In this document: in pieces, positions 23,563 through 36,260 of the stretch | Numbering within the stretch: position 1 is the first letter of the stretch | How the letters are laid out: every line of letters starts with the position of its first letter | Assembly (NCBI GenBank): GCA_951406725.2 | Contig: OX597816.1 | Coordinates: forward strand, 10,230,001 to 10,294,000 | DNA from: Octopus vulgaris | Taxonomy: Eukaryota | DNA length: 64,000 nucleotides | Direction of reading: 5' to 3' | The notes under the pieces: model-generated | Databases searched by the model: none | Told to the model about the DNA's origin: nothing | The model's input: only the letters and a program-made list of their open reading frames with translations | Program-made: the position numbers and the translations under genes

Positions 23563-24720
23563 GCATATCATGAACTCTCCTGTTCTGTTTCAATTGACCA
23601 AATTCCACTCACAGGGTAGTGGTAGAAAAGACAGTTGCCCAAGAATACTGCACTGTGGACTTGAACCTGGAACCACTTGGTTACAAACAAAACTTCTCAA
23701 CCACACAACTATTCATCATCATCGTTTAACATCTGCTTTCCATCATGGGTTGGACGATTTGGCTGAGGACTGGCGAACCTGGCTGCATTAGGCTTCAATC
23801 TTGATCTGGCAGAGTTTCTACAGCTGGATGCCCTTCCTAACGCCAACCACTTCGAGAGTGTTGTGGGGCTAGTCAGGCAACGGCCTCGCTCGAATCTTTT
23901 TACACATGTCACCGGCACAGGTGCCAGTAAGGCGACACTGGTAATGATCACGCTCAAATGGTGTCTTTTACATGCCACCGGCACGGTGGCTAGATAGCCG
24001 CTCTGGCAACGATCACGCTCGGATGGTACTCTTAATACCCTACTAGCACAGGGCTCGAGTGCCAGGAAGGTGATGCTGGTACCGATCACGCTCAAATGGT
24101 GTCTTTTACATGGCACCGGCACGGAGGCCAGATAGCCGCTCTGGCAACGATCATGCTTGGATGGTGCTCGAGTGCCAGTAAGGTGACACTGGTAACGATC
24201 CACGCTTGAATGGTGCCTTTTAAGTGCCACTGGCACTTAAACTATTATACAACTATCATCCAATGATTTTTTTGTTTTTTCCTTTCTCCCATTTCAGTTG
24301 TAAGCAGCTCTGCACACCAGAACTGCCTAATTGCAGCAAGACAGACTGAGCCAACCAGTATGATATAAGTTTCAGAGCCACGGCCACAGAACAGCACCTG
24401 TGATAGCTTATTAACCTTCCGACATTTGTCCAACAGTCTGATACTCCAATCATTCGACTTGCTGCAGCCGTCTCCGTCTCTGTCTCTCTCACTACAGAAA
24501 CATGTTACACATACATCTGCTTTATATTGATTGCTTATTCTCTGTTTATTTCTGTGGCAATCAGCATATATTGTGATATATCTACTTCATTCCATTCTGC
24601 ATGAAAACTTAATATGCTAACACAGCAAGGGACACACCCACCACTCGCATACAACATACACTTTTCTACAAAACCAATTACACACACATGAATAAACACA
24701 CACACACACAAAAGCATACT

Positions 24721-24774
<54 letters not shown>

Positions 24775-25239
24775 ATATATATATATATATTATATATATA
24801 TATATACACACACATATATACATACAATTGGTATGCCTACTTGATTTTAAGGTTAAGCCATTTTAATTAAGAGCATTTAATATTAATATGTCGATGATTG
24901 CCTACACCATAACTCAAACAATATTGTGTTTCGCTCATCCCACATTTATTATTTTTTTTATTTATCCTTTTAGTCGTTAGTCACTGTATGCTTCCATCAA
25001 TCTTATTGGTTGATATATTTCCCCGCTTTGCTGGTTTAATAGTGGTATCTACTTTCTCGTTTCTCTGTGGAAACTTTTCACCATGCATGGCTTTTTTGGC
25101 TAAAGACATTTGCTACATAACCAAGCAGGGTCACTTTTAGTACTGCTGCATGGCATCTTGGATAAGTGTCTAATGCCATATCTTCGGGCCAATCAATGCT
25201 ATGTGAGAGAAACTGGTTGGTGAAAATGGCAGAAAACTC

Positions 25240-25279
<40 letters not shown>

Positions 25280-25282
<3 letters not shown>

Positions 25283-25545
25283 GGCACATGGTTCAGTGGT
25301 TAGAGTGTCAGGCTCACAAACATGAGGTAGTGAGTTCAATTCCTGGACTGGGCTGTGTGTTGTGTTCTTGAGCAAGTCACTTTTTCTTCTGTTGCTCCAG
25401 TTCACTCAGCTGTAGAAATGAGTTGTGATGTCACTGATACCAAGCTGTATCAGCCTTTGTCTTTCCCTTGGATAACACCAGTGACACAGAAAAGGGAGGC
25501 TGGTATGCATGGGTGACTGCTGGTCTTCTATAAATAACCTTGCCT
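25280..25545 (+). mobile_element. Older tRNA-derived SINE (related copy about 37790-38100)
   Basis: A box tggttcagtggttagag, B box gagttcaattcc, conserved-domain-like tcttgagcaagtcactt..ttgctccagttcactcagctg. Confidence 0.7.
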
Positions 25546-25952
25546 GGAGTCCATTTATCTACTTTGGCATGTTTTCTATGGCTGGATGCCTTTCCTATTG
25601 CCAACCACCTTACTGGGCGTTTTTTACGTGGTACCAGCATGGTAGTGAAGGAGAATAAAACAGACTTCAGATCAGTTCAAATGTATCTGGAACATATTTC
25701 AACTTGGACTGCTAGATGCTGTCTTCTGTACCAGATACCAAGAAAGGTAATCTTAGCTTTATGTTAGGCAAAAGAATTGGTAAGTATTATTTATTGATTT
25801 GTGCACATAGGCTGCCAAACTTGAACAAAGCAGTTGTGAGAAGCAGTGATAGAAAATAAAAAGACTAAACTAAGCTACCAGTCATCTCAGAGTTGTCTCT
25901 CTTGGTATCTGGTTCTGAAGATAGCTAAGAAGCTAGAATGCATCAACATCAA

Positions 25953-26326
25953 GTGAAGGTGCAATGGCCCAATGGTTAGGGCAGCGGGCTCGCGGTCGGA
26001 GGATTGTGGTTTCGATTCCCAGACCGGGCATTGTGTGTGTTTATTGAGCGAAAACACCTAAAGCTCCACGAGGCTCCGGCAGGGGGTGATGTCGACCCCT
26101 GTTGTACTCTTTCACTCCAACTTTCTCTCCTTCTTTCTTCCTGTTTCTTGTCCTCCCCGACTTCCTACGCAACCGCTGAGCCTGGATGCACATTCATCCA
26201 TCCATCGATGCTCTCGGTGTCGGGGGTTGACCTGCTTTCTCTTCTGCGGGTCTTACGAATAGCAAAGGACCACGTTTCAGACTTCTCCCAATGTGACAAA
26301 GACCGCTTCACTCAACAAACAAACAA
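25953..26326 (+). mobile_element. tRNA-derived SINE family C with (CAAA)n tail
   Basis: tRNA-like head (tggcccaatggttagggcagcgg...ggtttcgattcc), 13-bp TSD gcatcaacatcaa at 25940-25952 and 26327-26339. Confidence 0.9.
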
Positions 26327-26952
26327 GCATCAACATCAACCTATCCATGGATGGTGTTCTGAACTGACAATGGTGTTCTTACATCATTTTACCCAAAGTA
26401 AGAATTTTTACTCCTTAGTAAACTGCAGTGAAAAAAGCCTTTACTTGTTGAAACATGTCCTAAACATATATGAACTGATCTGTATATTTGTGTGTGTGTG
26501 TATATAAATATATGTGTGTTTGTGTGCGTGTCTGTTTTCATCCCCATCAGTTGATAACTGGTATTCATTTATTTACGTCCTCATAACTTAGCAGTTTGGC
26601 AAGAGAAACTGATAGAATGAATAAATACCAGATTTCAAAAAAAAAAAAAATCAAGTACTGAGATTGACTTCTTTAACTAAAACCCCATTTTCAAGGCAGT
26701 GCTCCAGCCTGGCCACAGTCCAATAACTGAAACAAGTGAAAGATAAAAAGAGATATACTGTCAGTGATTGACTGGTATTTTGTGCTGCTAACTGTTATGG
26801 CTACCAATTTCTGGAAGAGAAATTGAATTATCGTGTAATTTCTATTCATGAATTGTATCTCACTAGCTTTTCCTTTTATTCATCTAACTGATTCCATTTG
26901 TTGTACAATCAGTCATTTGCCATGTTAGATAGAAAACGGGCCATATAGTTAA

Positions 26953-27260
26953 TCTCTATATAATAATAGCCAATCCGAACGTTGGTTGGTTCATTTGTCT
27001 GGTCACGCTTTACGTCGTACAGAGAGAGGGGGAGAAAAAAGTAAAAGGGAGATGCCGAGAGAGTTAACGTAAGTTAAAGTCAATAGAGGGAGATAGGAAT
27101 TAACGAGCAGTGGTGGTAGGGGGATGGTAAAGACGGTGGAAGCTATGCGGTCAATGGAAACCAAATACATGATACATGATTACACAGACACACACAATCT
27201 TTTGTCCATGGCACACATGCACAGAGACAACTGCAATTTAAGTAGAAGGATAAACTCGAC
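26953..27260 (+). mobile_element. Possible Helitron-like element, 5' part
   Basis: A|TCTCTATATAATAATAG start followed by a short gttg/gtct repeat; no clear CTAG end. Confidence 0.4.
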
Positions 27261-28151
27261 AAACAGCTGGTGGGAAAGGATAAAGAATCAGTAATTTTAC
27301 ATAGGTATGTGAATTTGTGTTGTGTGTGTGTTTACAAGGTGTCCAAGCTAACTTTAGTAATTATTCTACGTCTCCTTTCTTCCAGGTACAGCTTACTATA
27401 TTGGTGAACAGTTAATGGTATTGGACACCATGTAGAGGGTGGCGAGCTGGTAAAAACGTTAGCACACCGGGCGAAATGCGTAGCCGTATTTCGTCTGCCG
27501 CTGAGTTCAAATTCCGCCGAGGTCGAGTTTGCCTTTCATCCTTTTGGGGTCGATAAATTAAATACCAGTTACGCACTGGGATCAATGTAATTGACTTAAT
27601 CTGTTTGTCTGTCCTCTCTTTGTTTAGCCCCTTGTGAGTAGTAAAGAAATAGGTATTTCCTCTGCCGCTACGTTCTGAGTTCAAATTCTGCTGAGGTCGA
27701 AAAAATCAAGTACCAGTTACGCACTGGGGTCGATGTTATTGACTTAATCCGTTTGTCTGTCCTTGTTTGTCCCCTCTGTGTTTAGCCCCTTGTAGGTAGT
27801 AAAGAAATAGGTATTGGACACCATGAAGTTGTTGTGAAAAAGTTAGCTGATATGGAGGACTAGGAGCCATCTGAATATTGGAAAAGAGCTGCTTGTGTCA
27901 TATGATCTGCACTGGGTGGATCAAAATACCAACATAACGACAGCTGCTCAATGCTTTGTGAATAATGTAAAGTCTGCGTGACATGATATGGAGATCATGA
28001 AAGCAAAGTTCTTCCAAACGGTAATGGACTTTGGGTATTTCCCCAGTGAGGGTGACATCATGCTGCCCCACATCTTTGAACAGAGCCTTAATTCAGACGA
28101 CTACATGAAGCTGCTGGAGGGAGGTCAAACCCTGGCTGGAGAGGGTTGCTG

Positions 28152-28466
28152 TTGTTGTTTGTTTGTTTGTTCCTTCTTGAGCCATGCATGGCTCATAAGG
28201 GCCAGTTTCCCGGTTTCTTTGGCGTATAAGTTCCCCACCTGGATGGGACGCTGGTCCATCGCAGGTGAGCTGCAAGATGCAGGAGGTAAAAGTGAGAGAA
28301 AGTTGTGGCGAAAGAGTCAGCAGAAGCTTGCCACTACCTTCTGCAGGAGCCGCGTGGAGCTTAGGTGTTTCGCTCATAAACACACACATCGCCTGGTCTG
28401 AGATTCGAACCTGCGATCCCTCGACTGCAAGTCCGCTGCTCTGACCACTAGGCCATGTGCCTCCAC
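28152..28466 (-). mobile_element. SINE related to family C (same head, different 3' tail)
   Basis: Head ggcctagtggtcagagcagcgg..ggttcgaatc; TSD agggttgctg at 28142-28151 and 28467-28476; nested in a maT element. Confidence 0.85.
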
Positions 28467-28764
28467 AGGGTTGCTGCTGACAGCCCTATGTGTGGCAGCA
28501 AGATATGGCTCCTTGCCATGCCCCCAGAAAAGTGTCAGAAGTGGTTGCTGGAGAATTTCTACAATGTCACCAGCCCAAATTTCCCACCTTCTAAATTCTC
28601 CCCATTGTAATTTCATGACTTACTCTGTGTGTGTGTGGTGGGGGGGAAGGCATAGTTGAGAAGGACACCATTCACTCTGCCTGTGACATGGAGGCCAAGC
28701 TCGTGTCCAAGATCAAGGAGGTGTTCAAAGATCTTCCCAGAGAAACTGAGGAATAGATGAGCCT

Positions 28765-29000
28765 TCATCATCATCATTGTTCGCCCGTGGTCGAGACAAT
28801 GGAATTTACTATGTTACGTCAGACCTCACGGTCCATCATAGCATTACGGAGGTCCTGTTGCTGGATGCCTGTATCCCTGGAGATTACATCAGAGTAGAAG
28901 AGTATGTGGCCTCTGGTATCGCAAGCAGATGGCTTCCAGAGGAGATGAGTAGAAATTACCTCGTTTTCAGCTCTACAACAATGTCCAGCAAACTGGACTC
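28765..29000 (-). mobile_element. 5'-truncated LINE 3' end (RTE-like ORF2 C-terminus) with (TGA)n tail
   Basis: Minus translation VQFAGHCCRAENEVISTHLLWKP..RG..DVISRDTG..DLRNAMMDREV*R followed by (tga)n. Confidence 0.75.
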
Positions 29001-31170
29001 CGGAGCTGTCTTGAGCTGAAGGTGGTTACTTTGAGAAAAATTGTTATCTCCCAACCATAATCTTGTGGCTATTTTTTGAATCTTTTAGATTTTTGGATTG
29101 GGTATTGTGTTTTCTTTACCTTTTGTGCAAACTGTCAAATTTATCCTGAACAACCTAAATACATGTATATTTATTGTTAATGAAGATTGTTTACCCATGG
29201 TGGAAAAAGTTACCTGTCATATGATTGGAAACATTCTAGTGAAGAATAATTTGTATTTTCTGCATAAATTAACCATATTAATTAAATGAAAAGTCAGAAT
29301 AGCTATTTTGTTTAGTCTACGTTTTCATTTATCATCAAATGAATCATGTAAACTTCCAAAATTTTTACCAAAATAATAATAATAATAATAATACATAGAA
29401 TAAAATAAAATGCAATAAATAAAAAAAAAAAACCTCCCACTTTGTAATAAATCACTATTTTTTAAAGTTATACTCAGAGAAATTAATACAAATTATTCAA
29501 ATTATTGAACTTGTAGAAGCATTTATATTTTTAAAATATTGATTAAATTAATGTCAGAAATTTGAACAGTTGGGGTGGATGGTGGGAATGGCTTTTTTTG
29601 ATTCATCTGTGACTATAAAACTTTTTAACTCTTTTAAACAAAGACTGAACCAATGTTAGTTATCAAATAACAACACACCTCACACCTCACCTTACTCGCA
29701 CACACATTAGCCATATTGGAGTTAGATTTCAACAGCAAAGAATTATATTCAAAGCAGTTTATGTAAATATATGTAACATTTATGGAAACTAATATCTTTG
29801 TATATTTATATATGGCTTACCACAGTACAAAGTAAAATATTTCTCACTTTATTGCTATAAAATCTTGTCATTATATTTTGATATATTATTAAATTAAAAC
29901 CGCATTTGTGAAGAGAAGCGAAAAATGTTAACCTTTATTTCTATGTTTGATGTAGGTACATGGAAACTGTTTTATGCATTGTACTTGACTTTTAAGCCGT
30001 TAGCAACCAATATAATTAAATTAGACAGGCTGTTAAATTGGGTACAGGTTTTTAATTTGATAAACAATAATTTAGCACAATTTCAACCATTGAAACGTAA
30101 TTCTGTTTTTCTCAAATTCACATATCAGAAATTAGGTTATGTTTGCTATTTTTGAGAAAATAATGTTTTTTTTTTGTTTTTTTTTGTTTTTTTTCACAGG
30201 TGATATTAAAGGTGTGGTGAGAATTTTAATCCAAATTTAGTTTCTTGCACAGTCTGAATCTTATTTTATTCGTAAAAAGTGAGATTTGTCAACTCAGCAA
30301 TAATAAATGTCGTTAGTGATGATCATTAAAACATCCTAATTATATTTCCGAATGGATTTATTGAAGAGAACATTATTTTGACAATCCAATTAAATGGTCC
30401 CTTCTGGTCAAGTAGATGCATATCACAGAAGTAGCCAATTAAATGCCTTGTAGCAATATATATATGTAGAGTGTGTGTGTGTGTTTAGAATGGGTTTATT
30501 AGAATTAATAAAGATACAAAAATCTTTCTAAGATGCTGTGCAATGGGATTGAACCAGTGAACTTATTATTGTGAAGTAAACTTCTTACTCATTCAGCCAC
30601 ATTGCACAGACACAGGGGTAAGCAAGGCAAAATTCATCTAAATACTGACAGAATGCACAGACAAAATTTATATTTTGTTTTGTTTAAATTGGTGTAAGCA
30701 TGGCTGTGTAGTTAAGACGTTTGTCTCCCACTCATGGGGGCTTGGGTTCTGTCCCACTCTGCAGCACCTTAGGCAAGTGGCTTCTATACACAAGAGCCAA
30801 CCAAAGCTTTGTGAGTGAATTTGGTTGATGGAAACTGAAAGAAGCCTGTCGTGTGTGTGTGTGTGTGTTTGACTTGACATCATATGATGGTTGTAAATGA
30901 GCATTACCATCACATGAGAGATGTTTGCAACCAATTTTGCTTAGAAAAAGATGTGTGTGTGTGTGACAGAGAGAGAGAGGCAGATGGTGGTGGTGTATGT
31001 TGATATTGAAAAGTATTCTTTTATTGAAATAATTTTTGATATTTTATTAAATTAAAACCACATTTGTGAAGAGAAGTGAAAAATGTTAACCTTTATTTCT
31101 ATGTTTGATGTAGGTACATGGAAACTGTTTTATGCATAGTACTTGACTTTTAAGCCGTTAGCAACCAATA

Positions 31171-32131
31171 TAACCCTTTTGTTACTAACCTGGCTGAAAC
31201 TGACTCTGGCTATCAGTACAAATGTCTTGTTTTCATAAGTTCTGAATAAAATCACCCACCAAACCTTAGTCACAATTTATGTTACTAACCCTAGCTTAAT
31301 GATAACTAAGTTATTTTACTAAATTCTTTGTTATATTTAAAATTAATTGATAGAAACACAGAACATCTCAACAGAAATATGGTAAGAAAAGGGTTAAAAT
31401 ATATAATAGAGAAACAATTCTTAACCCTTTCGATACCAATTCAGCTGAAACCACCTCTGGCTCTGTAGTACAAATGTCTTGTTTTCATAAGTTCTGAATT
31501 AAAATCTTTCACCAAACCTTAGTCACAATTTATGTTCCTAACACTAGCTTAATGATAACTAAGTTATTTTACTAAATTCTTTGTTATATTTAAAATTAAT
31601 TGAAAGAAACACAGAGCATCTCAACAGAAATACAGTAACGAAAGGGTTAAAGCCACCATGATATTTTTAACCCTTTTGATACCAATCCAGCTGAAACCAC
31701 CTCTGGCTTTGTAGTACAAATGTCTTGTTTTCATTAAGTTTTGAATTAAAATCTTCCACCAAACCTTAGTCACAGTTTATGTTCCTAACACCAGCTTAAT
31801 GATAACTAAGTTATTTTACTAAATTCTTTGTTGTATTTAAAATTAATTGAAAGAAACATAGAGCATCTCAACAGAAATACAGTAACGAAAGGGTTAAAAT
31901 ATATAATAGAGAAACAATTCTTAACCTTTTTGATACCAACCTGGTTGAAATCACCTCTGGCTCTGTAGTACAAATGTCTTATTTTCATAAGTTTTGAATT
32001 AAAATCTTCCACTAATTTATGTTCCTAACACTAGCTTAATGATAACTAAGTTATTTTACTAAATTCTTTGTTATATTTAATTGAAAGAAACACAGAGCAT
32101 CTCAAAATAAATACAGTAACGAAAGGATTAA
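31171..32131. mobile_element. Cluster of four ~230-bp TTAA-type MITEs (31171-31397, 31421-31650, 31667-31897, 31921-32131)
   Basis: Each unit is (T)TAACCCTTT...AAAGGGTTAA (unit 4 degenerate) with a near-identical interior. Confidence 0.9.
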
Positions 32132-33399
32132 TCCATAAGAGCAATTATTTATTGTCTGTTCGCTTAAAACATTGATATTTGTTTATAAGGGTTAATTTAG
32201 CCTAAACTCTGGATTTACAAGAAACATGGTTGCAAGCTGCCTGAGGAAAGATGTGCATATATAGTGCATGGAGAGGAACAGCAAGAAGATATACTAAAAT
32301 GAGAAAAAAGACAACACTGATGGAGATGTGCGGAAATGAATACAGACGAAGGGTCAAGGAAATTTAAAGAAAGCTAAACTATGAACGCTGTCATCCTCAT
32401 CGTTTAACGTCTGCTTTCCATGCTAGCATGGGTTGGAAGATTTTGACTGAGTACTGGTGAACCAGATAGCTGCAACAGGCTTCAATCTTGATCTGGCAGG
32501 GTTTCTACAGCTGGATGCCCTTCTTAACGCCAACCACTCCAAAAGTGCAGTGGGTGCTTTTTATGTGCCACCGGCATGGGGGCCAGTCGGGCAGTACTGG
32601 CAACGGCCACGCTTGAATATTTTTACACATGCCAACGGCACAGGTACCAGTAAGGCAATGCTGGTAACGATAAAAATCCTCCTTTCTCTCTGAAATGGAC
32701 CCTCTTAATTTTTTCCATTCCATGGGTTCTACTAGTATAGTTTATTCTATTACTTGTGTCAGGCATTGGACTGTGGCCATACTGCAGCAATGCTCTGAAG
32801 GGTTTTCTTGGTCATGTCAATGTCAATACTTATTTTTAATCTCTCTTTACTCTTTTACTTGTTTCAGTCATTTGACTGTGGCCATGCTGGAGCACCACCT
32901 TTAGTCGAGCAACTCAATCCCAGGACTTATTCTTTGTAAGCCTAGTACTTATTCTATCGGTCTCTTTTGTCGAACTGCTAAGTTACGGGGACGTAAACAC
33001 ATGAGCATCAGTTATCAAGCGATGTTGGGGGGACAAACAGACACACATACATATATACGACGGGCTTCTTTTCAGTTTCCGTTTATCAAATCCACTCACA
33101 AGGCTTTGGTCAGCCCAAGGCTATAGTAGAAGACACTTGCCCAAGGTGCCATGCAGTGGGACTGAACCCAGAACCATGAGGTTGGTAAGCAAGCTACTTA
33201 CCACACAGCCACTCCTGCGCCTGATGTTCACTTTTTCATGCATGCTTGGGCCAGATGAAGCTTATTGAGGCAGAACTTCTTTGGTTGGATGCCTTTACTG
33301 TTGCCAACCCTCATCTGTTTTCAAGCAAAGTAATATTTCCCAATGGCCACACACATTTACAGCAGTCACATGATGGCAAGACAAGGGGAGACAATCATA

Positions 33400-33670
33400 C
33401 TCTTTCTCTCTGTCCCTGCCTATCTCTTTGTCTATCTGTCCCTCTCTCACTTTGTCTCTCTCTCTCACTCTATCTATCTCTCCCTCTCTCTCTTTGTCTC
33501 TATGTCCCTCACTCTTTGTCTCTATGTCCATCTCTCTCTCTTTGTCTCTCTGTCTATCTCTCCCTCTCTCTCTTTGGCTCTCTGTCCCTCTCTCTCTTTG
33601 TCTCTCTGTCCTCTCTCTCTTTGTCTCTATGTCCCTCTCTCTCTTCATCTCTGTTCCTCTCTTTCTCTTC
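33400..33670. repeat. CT-rich polypyrimidine repeat (also 8590-8757)
   Basis: Degenerate (ctct/ttgt/ctat)n. Confidence 0.9.
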
Positions 33671-35232
33671 ACACACACATGCAATAGGCTTCTTTCAGCT
33701 TTTCCCAACCAAATCCACTCACAGAGCTTTGATCAGCCAGCCAGGGGCCACAGCATAAAACATTTGCCCAAGGTGCCACCCAATGTCACCAACACGATAC
33801 CAAAACGGCTCTGAAATAATCCTCTTAACTTCACTACCAGAGCCGTGCACCTCCATCAATTTTCTTTAGACGTCTTCTTTTACATAAAATCATTATCAAA
33901 AAACGCAGCAGAGTTTATTTGTTGTTTTTTTTTGTTTTTGCCTTTCCTTAGTTTTTATTTTTAATTATTTTTCTTTTTTTTTATACAGAAGACTTGTAAG
34001 TTGAATAGAATTGTAGTTGTATAAAATATCAATTAACTATAAATTGTATTGGACTGAATTACATTGGGACATAGTCATCTCTCTCAACCAATCACAATCT
34101 ATAATGCTATATTGAGTTAGTATAGTTTAAAAAACAACAACACAAAGAAAAAAAAAACATCTTACCGTTTTTTAAAAAATGTTGGTCAAATTTTTTCTAA
34201 ATCTTAGATTTTGTAGTATACTCTTTTACTTGTTTCAGTCATTTGACTGCGACCATGCTGGAGCACCGCCTTTAGTTGAGCAAATCGACCCCGGGACTTA
34301 TTATTTGTAAGCCCAGTACTTATTCTATCGGTCTCTTTTGCCGAACCGCTAAGTGACAGGGATGTAAACACACCAGCATCGGTTGTCAAGCAATGCTAGG
34401 GGGACAAACACAAACACACACACACACATACATATATACATATATATACATATATACGACAGGCTTCTTTCAGTTTCAGTCTACCAAATCCACTCACAAG
34501 GCACTGGTCAGCCCGGGGCTATAGCAGAAGACTCTTGCCCAAGATGCCACGCAGTGGGACTGAACCTGGAACCATGTGGTTGGTTAGCAAGCTACTTACC
34601 ACACAGCCACTCCTGTTTATGTTAAAAAACAACAGGGCATATTGGATTGCACTCCTATATACAATATGTCTGAAAAAAAATAAGAATTCAATTAAAAAGC
34701 AACAATATTGTTATATTTCACTTGTCTTTTTCATGGCCTGAGGCTAGACGACTATATCCAAATTGTTCGTTAATTTTTCCTCTGGAATATTTCAAACCAT
34801 TTTAATGACTTCCCAATGTTTTTCTGCAACTCTTTGCATATATTGTATTCATTTGTCACTTTACATCAATGCAGGCGTGGTTGTGGTGCAAACGTTCACT
34901 TCCTAACCACACGGTTTCAAGTTCAGTCCTACTGTACAATAACCTTGAGCAAGCGTTTTCTACTAATTGGTCTAAGTTAAAAGCTTTGTGAGTGGACTTA
35001 ATTGGCAGGATCCAAAAAACCCTATTATATATATATATATATATATATAATCATCATCGTTTAACGTCCGTTTTCTATACTAGCATAGGTTGGACGGTTC
35101 GACTGGGGTCTGGAGAGCCAGTGGTAACACCAGGCTCCAATCTGGTCTGGCAATAGAAGAGACATGCATACATATATATATATAAACGCACAAAGGTAAG
35201 TATAAATATATGTATGATAACGTGTGTGTGTG

Positions 35233-35290
<58 letters not shown>

Positions 35291-35723
35291 TACGATATGT
35301 GATTTGCAAATGTAAAATAATATATATAAATATAAAAAAGTAAAAGATATGCAATAAATATAAATATGTATATAAAAGTAAAAATATACATATATATACT
35401 TATATATATATATGATGAACAGCTTCGCGTAAACCATGGTCCGTTTTGTTCTCTTACTTTATTATCATCTTATAATCATCTCATAATAATGACTTTTATG
35501 ACTCGTATTACTACCTCAGTCAATCTAAATGTATATATTTGTCTTTACCTGTCATAAATAGCCTTTTTTTATTTGCAATGGGCATTTTCGTTGATTTTTC
35601 ATATTTTACCCTTACATTTCCACGTGTATTTTATATTTTCTTTTCGTAACATATTTCTACTATATCCTTAAACCCTTAAAAATGTTTTAGGCCGAAGGCT
35701 GCGGCCATGCTGGGGCACCACCG

Positions 35724-35780
<57 letters not shown>

Positions 35781-35953
35781 AAAAGGTGCGATGCGTGAAT
35801 AAGAATTAAATATAAATAATATATATATAAAAGTAAAAATATACATATAAGAAAAAATTGAGATATACAATATTTACAGATATTTTGTTGGATGGCTGTT
35901 GACTGTTCAGGAGTTCCTCTACCTTTTGACGGGTCTTATTTTTCATCCCACAG

Positions 35954-36260
35954 GGATCTAAGGAAGAATGTAACAATCGAGAAGGTGAAATGACAATGAC
36001 CTTTTTTGTGTGCACAGTGTGTGACAGACCATGCCTGTTTTTTGATGGGCTCAAATCTCATCTGTGAACGCATGGAAAACAAACCTCCACCAACTATTCT
36101 GCCTATATGTCTGTGCACACCTTTGAATGCAATGTATGCCAGAAGATTTGCAATTGCAACGGGGGCCTCAAAAGACATTTTAAGATCCAATAAGATCAGA
36201 ACTTATCTGCAGCGGTGGTCCAAATTGGATGTGCAATCTGTGTGGGTGTCTTTTCAGAAT
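35954..36260 (+). pseudogene. Decayed tandem C2H2 zinc-finger fragment
   Basis: FVCTVCDRPCLFFDGLKSHL*TH..FECNVCQKICNCNGGLKRHFKIQ*..CAIC in one frame with stops; preceded by acceptor-like tcttatttttcatcccacag. Confidence 0.75.

Larger units (their letters stand above)
27335..29157 (+). mobile_element. Divergent maT-like element carrying three nested insertions
   Basis: SEGDIMLPHIF..LNSDDYMKLLE and gtggcagcaagatatggctccttgccat are homologous to the 54.6-55.0 kb transposase; degenerate TIRs near 27335 and 29157. Confidence 0.72.

Noticed and set aside
24556-24568. ggcaatcagcata as the missing piggyBac TIR
   Set aside because: 11/13 match to the expected sequence but no adjacent TTAA; cannot be supported.
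25953-26030. tRNA gene candidates at SINE heads
   Set aside because: They continue into SINE bodies with tails and TSDs, and the cloverleaves are incomplete.
33295-33758. RE/RD-rich and SL-rich ORFs
   Set aside because: Translations of a CT-rich repeat inside a SINE.
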